A stretch of 64,000 bases of DNA from NCBI RefSeq assembly GCF_016026235.1, contig NZ_CP065613.1; one strand, 5' to 3'. This DNA is from Escherichia coli. Its GTDB lineage: Bacteria; Pseudomonadota; Gammaproteobacteria; Enterobacterales; Enterobacteriaceae. Under the pieces are notes generated by a model, which made no database searches, was not told the DNA's origin, and was given only the letters and a program-made list of their open reading frames with translations. The translations under genes and the position numbers were made by a program. This document shows, in pieces, positions 12,551 through 27,042 of the stretch. Every line of letters starts with the position of its first letter. The stretch's first letter is position 1.

Positions 12551-12956
12551 TACCACCTCTTAAAAAAATGCCCACATAGTGTAGTGCGGAGCGCATGTTG
12601 GGTAAACAGAGTGTTAATGAGAAAATATTACAGAGGAGAATAATTTGTGTGTCAGGTATGTTTTTTGCATTCATAAAATGAATGCTCTATATGTTGAAAA
12701 AATGAATTTTAAAGCTAAATAGTTTTACATCAAAAAAATAATAATATCATTTCTTGATTACCATGTGCATTTTTTATCTTACGAATATGCTAGTTTTATC
12801 TTACTAAATAAACGATTTGGTGACATGGATGATAATGTTTCAGGCTAAATGTGTGCTTATTACTTGGGCCTTTATGGCACTGTATTTATTCATTAAATGG
12901 ATGTTTGGTGGTTAATTATTATGGAAATATATGACAGTGAGGACATAAAGGTATAA

Positions 12957-13892
12957 ATGTTAACTAAAAGAATATTATTTTCTTTAATGCTAATAGTTTC
13001 ACCAGGCGTGGTGGCAAGCGAGAAAGCGCATGAATTGTATGACAGCATATACGGTGGTAAACCTGCTCCCGATGTTATAAATACACTGCATAAAATGGCT
13101 GAATCGGGAGATATCGACGCGCAGAGCCTGTTAGGCTGGGAATATTATCAGCCTCGCTATGATACCAAACCTGATGTTCAGGAAGCGATTAAATGGTTCG
13201 AGTTAGCCGCTAAACAAGGTGACAGAGAAGCTCCGTTAGCGCTGGGGAGTATCTACTACGACGGTGAGCAGGTGCGGGTGGATTATGCCAAAGCGTATGC
13301 ACTATTTAATCAGGCCGCGCAATACGGTGTGAATTTAGCATGGTCCAGGTTGGGCATGATGTACGCCAATGGTCAGTATGTTGAGGTAGATTGTAAGAAA
13401 GCGAAGGAATATCTTGATAAAGGTGTCCACATTTATGGTGGCCCGGAAGACTTTCTGGCTACTTGTCGAAAAGACATGATTGACAGAAAAACGGTTGAGG
13501 ATATGTTACCCGTGATCACGGTTACCCGTTCTGGGATGCGGGATAATTTTTTAGATAAAGGTTTTTCCTGCATGGATAGCCACTTCGCCACCACCAATAA
13601 ATTAGGCGAAGTGGCCAATCTTCGCGTGACATTCAGCATTCGTCGCCCATCCGGTAAGGAGATTAACCAAACGGTTGGCTTCGCGCCTTTCGGTTTAAAC
13701 CGGCTGAATATTAGCTTTACTGATTACCTATTTGGTTCATTTACCAGTAATTCGTCTCTTATTCTTTATAAACCGGAATTTGAGCGAAAATCTTGTGCAA
13801 CTGTAAGGACCACAATCGTTGCCGCAACGGCAACCATTAACGGCAAGGATGTGGAGTTGCTGAAAGCGGGGGCAATTGAACAAAAGTGGTAA
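12957..13892 (+). CDS. secreted Sel1-like repeat (SLR/TPR-like) protein with unassigned C-terminal domain
   Basis: 311-aa ORF; N-terminal signal peptide MLTKRILFSLMLIVSPGVVAS; repeated AxxWFxxAAxQG/YANG motifs; SD AAGG upstream; sits in an insert absent from K-12 (memory). Confidence 0.75.
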   Translation: MLTKRILFSLMLIVSPGVVASEKAHELYDSIYGGKPAPDVINTLHKMAESGDIDAQSLLGWEYYQPRYDTKPDVQEAIKWFELAAKQGDREAPLALGSIYYDGEQVRVDYAKAYALFNQAAQYGVNLAWSRLGMMYANGQYVEVDCKKAKEYLDKGVHIYGGPEDFLATCRKDMIDRKTVEDMLPVITVTRSGMRDNFLDKGFSCMDSHFATTNKLGEVANLRVTFSIRRPSGKEINQTVGFAPFGLNRLNISFTDYLFGSFTSNSSLILYKPEFERKSCATVRTTIVAATATINGKDVELLKAGAIEQKW

Positions 13893-13947
13893 CGCTACTC
13901 AGCCCCCGGCTGAGGCAAGACTTGCCCTGGCGGGTGGCGATAATAAT

Positions 13948-14490
13948 CTAAGCCGCGAGAATATGCTGAATCGCCAAAAACATAGGTACAGCACCAAAAG
14001 CATTTGGTGTCGCTGAAAGCTGAACAAAGCCGAGACGAGCATAAAAGTTAATGGCGGCAGGGTCAGCATCAAGATAAACCCCTTTAATTGGTAATGCCTG
14101 GTGAATTATTTTTACATGTTCAAAAAAATCACATAGTAGGTCCTGACCAAAGCCCCGCTTTTGATACTTCCGCGCTATCCCCAACATGACTAATCTGACA
14201 ACACCAATTTCTGAAGGTTGTGAACCCTGAAGGACGCCAGAAACGCGTTGTTTTTCCAGCGAATATGCCGTAAAAGTACAGATGCCAATCAGTTCACCAC
14301 TTTGTCTGTCAATAAGTGCTTTAGCCGCACAGTCGCTATTACGCACACTTTTCTTTAGCGATGCGCGTACAAATTTATCGATAACAGGGTTACCGCAATC
14401 AAACTGTTTTTGCCCAGGATAAGTAATATCAGACTGATAATTACAGGAGAGGACTATGGGCAGAGTAATCTCTTCATGCTTGTCGACCAT
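13948..14490 (-). CDS. GNAT-family acetyltransferase toxin (TacT/ItaT/KacT-like type II toxin)
   Basis: 180-aa ORF with GNAT acetyl-CoA motif (RKYQKRGFGQDLL); overlaps upstream antitoxin stop by 17 nt. Confidence 0.8.
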   Translation of the reverse strand: MVDKHEEITLPIVLSCNYQSDITYPGQKQFDCGNPVIDKFVRASLKKSVRNSDCAAKALIDRQSGELIGICTFTAYSLEKQRVSGVLQGSQPSEIGVVRLVMLGIARKYQKRGFGQDLLCDFFEHVKIIHQALPIKGVYLDADPAAINFYARLGFVQLSATPNAFGAVPMFLAIQHILAA

Positions 14491-14785
14491 CGCTGTTTTT
14501 CCTTTTCATTAACGCCTTGAGGGCGAGCGTCGGTTGAGCAGGTTCAGCGATGAGTTGGTTCATCAGTTCCCAGCTTTGATTCGAAAGCTCACGGCGACGT
14601 TGGTTATCAAGCACACTTTCGGCGCGTTCCATAGCAGCGCTCAAAATAAAAGCGCTTAAATCTACCCCAACGGCTTGCGCAGCTTCACGAAGTTTGTTTT
14701 TGGCGTCGGGACTAGTTTTGAGTTCGACCCGCGCATTTTTCAGCGTTTTATCGACATCGTGTAGAGTGGCTGTTTTTCCAGGCAT
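14474..14785 (-). CDS. DUF1778 (RHH-type) antitoxin partner of the GNAT toxin
   Basis: Met at 14785 with SD AGAGG; about 103 aa; precedes and overlaps the toxin gene; the ORF extension to 14851 is likely artefactual. Confidence 0.75.
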   Translation of the reverse strand: MPGKTATLHDVDKTLKNARVELKTSPDAKNKLREAAQAVGVDLSAFILSAAMERAESVLDNQRRRELSNQSWELMNQLIAEPAQPTLALKALMKRKNSDGRQA

Positions 14786-14838
14786 TATGACCTCTTTGAT
14801 TAACTGAATGAAATCGTAGGGAGTCGATCTCATACATA

Positions 14839-14916
14839 ATACGGCTATCAACCGTATGATTAATTTATGTGCATCTGCTCACTCTGTCAAGAGATACGGT
14901 TATTAGCCGTATCTCT
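14839..14916. promoter_or_regulatory. two palindromic operator-like sites (ATACGG-N7-CCGTAT) upstream of the antitoxin gene
   Basis: 14839..14857 ATACGGctatcaaCCGTAT; 14890..14916 AGAGATACGGttattagCCGTATCTCT (10-bp perfect arms). Confidence 0.45.
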
Positions 14917-14926
14917 GATCTCAGAC

Positions 14927-14954
14927 AATAAAAAAGGTGCCGTAGCACCTTTTT
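14927..14954 (-). terminator. putative intrinsic terminator downstream of cyoE
   Basis: hairpin AAAAAGGTGC-cgta-GCACCTTTTT; on the minus strand it is followed by a U-run. Confidence 0.5.
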
Positions 14955-14969
14955 AATAGAGAGGTTTTG

Positions 14970-15860
14970 TTACCACACAGCAGCCAGCAGCGTATGCGAG
15001 TCCGGCACCATAAAATCAACGGACATCATCACCGAGAGGGCAGTGATGGCGATGATAGAGAAGCCGAACAGCTTGCGCGCCCAGATTCTGTCATCAGCAA
15101 CTTTATAACCGCGCAGAGCCATACCTAACCACCAGACGCTAACCGCCGCGGCGACCACCAGATATTTATACCCAGCGTAACCGCCAAGAGAGAGCATCAG
15201 CGTGGCAACGGCAAAGGCGATGATATACAGCGTGATGTGATTCTTCGCCACCGAAATGCCTTTTACCACTGGCAATACCGGAATGTTTGCCGCTTGGTAA
15301 TCCTTAAAGCGGAAAATGGCGATGGCATAGGAGTGAGGCATCTGCCACAGGCTGAAGATAGCCAGCAGGATCGCTGCGCCGCTATCGAACTCGCCGGTTA
15401 CTGCACAGTAGCCAATCACCGGCGGCGCAGCGCCGGAGAGCGAACCAATCAATGTGCCGTAGACTGAGTGGCGTTTCATGTACAGGCTATAAACGCCGAC
15501 ATAAACCACAAAGCCCATCACCCCCAGCCAGCAGGCCAGCGGATTCGCGCCAAACCACAGCAGCATAAAGCCAGCAATACCCAGCAAGGTGGCGTACACC
15601 AGCGAGACAGCAGGAGAGATCAGGCCTTTAACCAGCACCCGATTCTTCGTCCTTTCCATCTTTCTGTCGATATCCCTGTCGATGTAGTTGTTAAACACAC
15701 AACCCGACGCCACAACCAGTGACACCCCAACCAGCGTGTAGATAAACAGGGGATAATCAATGCTGCCCTTTGAGGCCAGCAGGAATCCCCCAATCACCGA
15801 GATCAGGTTGCCAAAGATGATGCCTGGTTTCGTTACTTGCAGGTATTGCTTAAACATCAT
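14970..15860 (-). CDS. cyoE: heme O synthase (protoheme IX farnesyltransferase)
   Basis: ORF 14970..15905; Met at 15860 gives [22 protein letters not shown]. Confidence 0.9.
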
Positions 15861-15871
15861 AACCGCCGCTC

Positions 15872-18808
<2,937 letters not shown>

Positions 18809-18817
18809 TCAACCCCT

Positions 18818-19765
<948 letters not shown>

Positions 19766-20224
19766 TTAACGACCTCAATTCCACGGGATCTGGTGGCGTT
19801 TAAAGTGTGTGGGCATTTTACGGGAAGGTTACATTACTGTAAACATGATTAAATTTCTGTTACTTAGATTTGGCTGCCAGGTCACATATGTTGCAAAACA
19901 TATCAGGTTGATTTTAAGAAGCTGTTGCAAAAGCGCGTTATAACAAAAGGGGAGTGCAGAAGGAGCCTGGGCGGGCAATTGGTATAACCAATGCGAAATA
20001 AAACAATTATTTAACAAATGATTATCATTGGAGTGACAACTGGGTGGTGAGAAAATAAAGACTCATTAGCTGAATCGTGTAAGAAAAATAGAATTTATAA
20101 ATGGCGCCAATAATTTCCAACCGCTAAGCCGCACAAAAGAACAAATATTAATAAGCGATGCTGATGTTTATTTAGCCGTAATAATTACGGCGAGTGATTA
20201 CTACAGCTAAATAATATTTACAGA

Positions 20225-21700
20225 TTACGTCAGATGCGTTTTTCGTAGCGCCAGATAATCCAGCAAACCACCAAGCACGACGCCAGAAAGGGCGACTAAA
20301 ACCCCGACTTCCAGCAGAGCAGGCAGGAAAGAGAAGTGCGTCAAATCCAGCGCGTCCATCGTCAACAGCAGTAACCACACGGCCAACAGGCTGACGCCCG
20401 CCGCCAGTGTCCACATGGCAAAGGCATAACCTGCCGGATATGCGGTACGGGAGATAAAGTTGTCATTTACTCGTGTATATTCAAGCGTCTGGCGGCAAAC
20501 CAGCAGCAAAATAAGCCCCGGTACGGCAGCGGCGACGGAGAATAGATAGAATGTCGACCAGCCGTGTGCTTCAACAAACCAACCCGCCACGGGGCCGACA
20601 TAAACTCGCCCTACAGCAGAAAGCGCTGAGAGCAGGGCAAATTGAGTAGCGGAAAATGACTTATTACATAGCGTCATTAACAGCGCGACAAAGGCTGATG
20701 TGCCCATCCCGCCACAGAGGTTTTCGAAAAAGACGGCTGCGCCCATGCTGTAGAGATGCTTATCAGTAATCGACAGCAGCCAGTAACCAGCGTTAGACGC
20801 ACCTTGTAAAATGCCGAAAATCAGCAGTGCCCGGAACAGTGACAGGCGCTGCATCAAAATCCCACCGTACAATGCGCCAACAATGGTCGCTAGTAAGCCA
20901 AGCGTTTTGTTTACCACGCCTACTTCACCCGCATCAAACCCGACGCCGCGAATCAAAAACGTGGTTGTCAGGCTCATGGCGAATGCGTCGCCCAGCTTAT
21001 ACAGCACGATAAGAAGCAAAATAAGCCAGGCATTATTGCGACCAAAGAAATCTCGCAGAGGTGCAACAACCGCTTGTTCCAGCGTTTTTGGCACAGGAAT
21101 GGTGTCGGTCGGTTCTGGTGCAAGCAACGTCGCGATAATACAGGGGATCAACAGCGCCGCCATCAACCAGTACATGCCCTGCCAGCCCAGCCATTTATCT
21201 GCCAGCCACAGGGCTAGGCCGCCGGAAACCAGCATCCCTAAACGGTAACCCAGCACGCTGATTGCCGCGCCCGCACCACGTTCTTCTGCCGGGAGCACAT
21301 CGGTTTTCCACGCATCGAAGACAATATCCTGGGAGGCAGAGCAAAAAGCGATCACCACCGCCAGCGCCGCCATCCAGCGGAGTTGGGTGCCAGGTTCGAG
21401 AAAACCCATCGCCGCAATGGCGACTAATAACAGGATTTGCGTGGCGAGCAGCCAACCGCGCCGCCGCCCAAAAAATGGGGGCGTGTAGCGGTCCATCAGC
21501 GGTGACCAGAGGAATTTAAAAACGTAAGCCTGGCCTACCAGAGAGAAGAAACCAATGGTTTTGAGATCAATATTCTCGACCGTCATCCAGGCCTGTAAGG
21601 TACCGGATGTCAGGGCGAGCGGTAGCCCGGAAGCAAAACCCAGGATCAGCAATATGGCTGAACGCGGCTGTTGAAAAATACGTAAATATTGACTGGACAT
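20225..21700 (-). CDS. ampG: muropeptide permease AmpG
   Basis: 491-aa multi-TM ORF; synteny with yajG. Confidence 0.95.
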   Translation of the reverse strand: MSSQYLRIFQQPRSAILLILGFASGLPLALTSGTLQAWMTVENIDLKTIGFFSLVGQAYVFKFLWSPLMDRYTPPFFGRRRGWLLATQILLLVAIAAMGFLEPGTQLRWMAALAVVIAFCSASQDIVFDAWKTDVLPAEERGAGAAISVLGYRLGMLVSGGLALWLADKWLGWQGMYWLMAALLIPCIIATLLAPEPTDTIPVPKTLEQAVVAPLRDFFGRNNAWLILLLIVLYKLGDAFAMSLTTTFLIRGVGFDAGEVGVVNKTLGLLATIVGALYGGILMQRLSLFRALLIFGILQGASNAGYWLLSITDKHLYSMGAAVFFENLCGGMGTSAFVALLMTLCNKSFSATQFALLSALSAVGRVYVGPVAGWFVEAHGWSTFYLFSVAAAVPGLILLLVCRQTLEYTRVNDNFISRTAYPAGYAFAMWTLAAGVSLLAVWLLLLTMDALDLTHFSFLPALLEVGVLVALSGVVLGGLLDYLALRKTHLT

Positions 21701-21743
21701 GGGCGTCTACAGGCCCGGCTTGCACCGGGCCAGAGGGCAGAAA

Positions 21744-22322
21744 TTAACGCGCGTTCTGCTTGATGAATTCGTGGATGCTGGTGTCCTGAGACATATCAGC
21801 GATGGTATCGGTCAGCACACTGTTAACCGCATCGGCGATATTTTTGTTGGAGGCCTGGAACGCACCTTCAACGTTGTAGCTGGCACGATAGTTTTTGGTC
21901 ATTTTGTTGCCATTCTGCGCGGTAGCGATGATGGCGATATCCGCTTTGGTAGCGATGTTATAGCGCACGTTGCCCTGGGACACGTCAGCATACAGTTGGC
22001 TAACGATGATTTGCAGATTAACCGGGCCATTCGGACCAACCATGTAACCACGCGCGGTCATCTGTTTTTCCAGCACTTCTTGCAGCAGGAAATGCAGATC
22101 GCGGGAGGCGGTCAGGGTAACGATTTGATTATCGCGGGTGACTTTTGCTAGCGCCTGATCGGTACGCTGATCGGCACCATTAATGCTTACGGTGACGCCC
22201 ATCAGGCTTGGATCCTGCTGTGGCAGTGTAATCGTCGGGGAAACTTCAATAGTTGTTGGCGGTTTTGCGCATCCTGCAAGCATAAACAGAGCAACTAACG
22301 GGAAGAGGATTTTTTTGAACAT
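21744..22322 (-). CDS. yajG: lipoprotein YajG
   Basis: Met at 22322 gives MFKKILFPLVALFMLAGC (lipobox); the longer ORF is an upstream extension. Confidence 0.9.
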   Translation of the reverse strand: MFKKILFPLVALFMLAGCAKPPTTIEVSPTITLPQQDPSLMGVTVSINGADQRTDQALAKVTRDNQIVTLTASRDLHFLLQEVLEKQMTARGYMVGPNGPVNLQIIVSQLYADVSQGNVRYNIATKADIAIIATAQNGNKMTKNYRASYNVEGAFQASNKNIADAVNSVLTDTIADMSQDTSIHEFIKQNAR

Positions 22323-22626
22323 GTTCGGGCTCTCAGAGACTCTTAAGCGTGTTTGGTAAAAATTCCCGCCATCATAACATTGCCAACGGCGAGGGGAAGT
22401 GGGTAAGGCATGTAAATTCATCATGTTGACGAAATAATCACCCCTGGTAAAAGAAACGCTGATGCGAGGCCTGTGTTTCAATCTTTAAATCAGTAAACTT
22501 CATACGCTTGACGGAAAAACCAGGACGAAACCTAAATATTTGTTGTTAAGCTGCAATGGAAACGGTAAAAGCGGCTAGTATTTAAAGGGATGGATGACAT
22601 CTCAGCGTTGTCGGAGGAGATATTTC

Positions 22627-22944
22627 ATGATGATACGTGAGCGGATAGAAGAAAAATTAAGGGCGGCGTTCCAACCCGTATTCCTCGAAGTAGTGGATGA
22701 AAGCTATCGTCACAATGTCCCAGCCGGCTCTGAAAGCCATTTTAAAGTTGTGCTGGTCAGCGATCGTTTTACGGGTGAACGTTTTCTGAATCGTCATCGA
22801 ATGATTTACAGTACTTTAGCGGAGGAACTCTCTACTACCGTTCATGCGCTGGCTCTGCATACTTACACTATTAAGGAGTGGGAAGGGTTGCAGGACACCG
22901 TCTTTGCCTCTCCTCCCTGTCGTGGAGCAGGAAGCATCGCGTAA
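22627..22944 (+). CDS. bolA: transcriptional regulator BolA
   Basis: Met at 22627 gives [15 protein letters not shown]; divergent from yajG. Confidence 0.9.
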
Positions 22945-23278
22945 AAACGCATTTGCAACTGTCGGCGCTTTTCCAGTATGTTGCTAAAGATTTTATGAAA
23001 AACGGCCTGCGGGCCGTTTTGTTTTGTCTGGATTTTGCGCTTTTTGCCCAGCATTCAGACGAAAATTGCCCGGGAATTGTGAAAAAATACGCGACAGCGC
23101 GCAATAACCGTTCTCGACTCATAAAAGTGATGCCGCTATAATGCCGCGTCCTATTTGAATGCTTTCGGGATGATTCTGGTAACAGGGAATGTGATTGATT
23201 ATAAGAACATCCCGGTTCCGCGAAGCCAACAACCTGTGCTTGCGGGGTAAGAGTTGACCGAGCACTGTGATTTTTTGA

Positions 23279-24586
<1,308 letters not shown>

Positions 24587-24619
24587 TTTACGCAGCATAA
24601 CGCGCTAAATTCGCACAAA

Positions 24620-24652
24620 GGCCCGTCACCGCCAGGTGGTGGGCTTTTTTTT
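24620..24652 (+). terminator. putative terminator downstream of tig
   Basis: GC-rich imperfect hairpin followed by T8. Confidence 0.5.
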
Positions 24653-24831
24653 GTCATGAATTTTGCATGGAACCGTGCGAAAAGCCTCTTTCGGTGTTAG
24701 CGTAACAACAAAAGATTGTTATGCTTGAAATATGGTGATGCCGTACCCATAACACAGGGACTAGCTGATAATCCGTCCATAAGGTTACAATCGGTACAGC
24801 AGGTTTTTTCAATTTTATCCAGGAGACGGAA

Positions 24832-25455
24832 ATGTCATACAGCGGCGAACGAGATAACTTTGCACCCCATATGGCGCTGGTGCCGATGGTCATTGAACAG
24901 ACCTCACGCGGTGAGCGCTCTTTTGATATCTATTCTCGTCTACTTAAGGAACGCGTCATTTTTCTGACTGGCCAGGTTGAAGACCACATGGCTAACCTGA
25001 TTGTGGCGCAGATGCTGTTCCTGGAAGCGGAAAACCCAGAAAAAGATATCTATCTGTACATTAACTCCCCAGGCGGGGTGATCACTGCCGGGATGTCTAT
25101 CTATGACACCATGCAGTTTATCAAGCCTGATGTCAGCACCATCTGTATGGGCCAGGCGGCCTCGATGGGCGCTTTCTTGTTGACCGCAGGGGCAAAAGGT
25201 AAACGTTTTTGCCTGCCGAATTCGCGCGTGATGATTCACCAACCGTTGGGCGGCTACCAGGGCCAGGCGACCGATATCGAAATTCATGCCCGTGAAATTC
25301 TGAAAGTTAAAGGGCGCATGAATGAACTTATGGCGCTTCATACGGGTCAATCATTAGAACAGATTGAACGTGATACCGAGCGCGATCGCTTCCTTTCCGC
25401 CCCTGAAGCGGTGGAATACGGTCTGGTCGATTCGATTCTGACCCATCGTAATTGA
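24832..25455 (+). CDS. clpP: ATP-dependent Clp protease proteolytic subunit
   Basis: 207-aa ORF; serine protease sequence (GQAASMGAF). Confidence 0.97.
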   Translation: MSYSGERDNFAPHMALVPMVIEQTSRGERSFDIYSRLLKERVIFLTGQVEDHMANLIVAQMLFLEAENPEKDIYLYINSPGGVITAGMSIYDTMQFIKPDVSTICMGQAASMGAFLLTAGAKGKRFCLPNSRVMIHQPLGGYQGQATDIEIHAREILKVKGRMNELMALHTGQSLEQIERDTERDRFLSAPEAVEYGLVDSILTHRN

Positions 25456-25580
25456 TGCCAGAGGCGCAACTGTGCCGCTATACTTATCCAGGGCGGCACA
25501 ACGCTGTAAGCGGCTTGCGCCTGAGAATGGCATTTGCGTCGTCGTGTGCGGCACAAAGAACAAAGAAGAGGTTTTGACCC

Positions 25581-26855
25581 ATGACAGATAAACGCAAAGA
25601 TGGCTCAGGCAAATTGCTGTATTGCTCTTTTTGCGGCAAAAGCCAGCATGAAGTGCGCAAGCTGATTGCCGGTCCATCCGTGTATATCTGCGACGAATGT
25701 GTTGATTTATGTAACGACATCATTCGCGAAGAGATTAAAGAAGTTGCACCGCATCGTGAACGCAGTGCGCTACCGACGCCGCATGAAATTCGCAACCACC
25801 TGGACGATTACGTTATCGGCCAGGAACAGGCGAAAAAAGTGCTGGCGGTCGCGGTATACAACCATTACAAACGTCTGCGCAACGGCGATACCAGCAATGG
25901 TGTCGAGTTGGGCAAAAGTAACATTCTGCTGATCGGTCCGACCGGTTCCGGTAAAACGCTGCTGGCTGAAACGCTGGCGCGCCTGCTGGACGTCCCGTTC
26001 ACCATGGCCGACGCAACCACGCTGACCGAAGCCGGTTATGTGGGCGAAGACGTTGAAAACATCATTCAGAAGCTGTTGCAGAAGTGCGATTACGACGTAC
26101 AGAAAGCGCAGCGCGGGATTGTCTACATCGATGAAATCGACAAGATTTCTCGTAAGTCAGACAACCCGTCCATTACCCGAGACGTTTCCGGTGAAGGCGT
26201 ACAGCAGGCACTGTTGAAACTGATCGAAGGTACGGTAGCTGCTGTTCCACCGCAAGGTGGGCGTAAACATCCGCAGCAGGAATTCTTGCAGGTTGATACC
26301 TCTAAGATCCTGTTTATTTGTGGCGGTGCGTTTGCCGGTCTGGATAAAGTGATTTCCCACCGTGTAGAAACCGGCTCCGGCATTGGTTTTGGCGCGACGG
26401 TAAAAGCGAAGTCCGACAAAGCAAGCGAAGGCGAGCTGCTGGCGCAGGTTGAACCGGAAGATCTGATCAAGTTTGGTCTTATCCCTGAGTTTATTGGTCG
26501 TCTGCCGGTTGTCGCAACGTTGAATGAACTGAGCGAAGAAGCTCTGATTCAGATCCTCAAAGAGCCGAAAAACGCCCTGACCAAGCAGTATCAGGCGCTG
26601 TTTAATCTGGAAGGCGTGGATCTGGAATTCCGTGACGAGGCGCTGGATGCTATCGCTAAGAAAGCGATGGCGCGTAAAACCGGTGCCCGTGGCCTGCGTT
26701 CCATCGTAGAAGCCGCACTGCTCGATACCATGTACGATCTGCCGTCCATGGAAGATGTCGAAAAAGTGGTTATCGACGAGTCGGTAATTGATGGTCAAAG
26801 CAAACCGTTGCTGATTTATGGCAAGCCGGAAGCGCAACAGGCATCTGGTGAATAA
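25581..26855 (+). CDS. clpX: ATP-dependent Clp protease ATP-binding subunit ClpX
   Basis: 424-aa ORF; zinc-finger CSFCGK...CDEC; Walker A GPTGSGKT. Confidence 0.97.
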
Positions 26856-26885
26856 TTAACCATTCCCATACAATTAGTTAACCAA

Positions 26886-26916
26886 AAAGGGGGGATTTTA
26901 TCTCCCCTTTAATTTT
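26886..26916 (+). terminator. putative terminator downstream of clpX
   Basis: hairpin AAGGGGGGAT/ATCTCCCCTT followed by a T-run. Confidence 0.5.
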
Positions 26917-27042
26917 TCCTCTATTCTCGGCGTTGAATGTGGGGGAAACATCCCCATATACTGACGTACATGTTAATAGATGGCGTGAAGCACAGTCGTG
27001 TCATCTGATTACCTGGCGGAAATTAAACTAAGAGAGAGCTCT

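Noticed and set aside
12600-12950. Possible CRISPR array or tandem repeats in the AT-rich intergenic DNA
   Set aside because: No regularly spaced direct repeats of 25-40 bp are visible; only simple A/T tracts
19766-20224. Possible novel element in the 460-bp cyoA upstream region
   Set aside because: Its size and AT-rich character are consistent with the known complex cyo promoter region; no ORF or repeat beyond that
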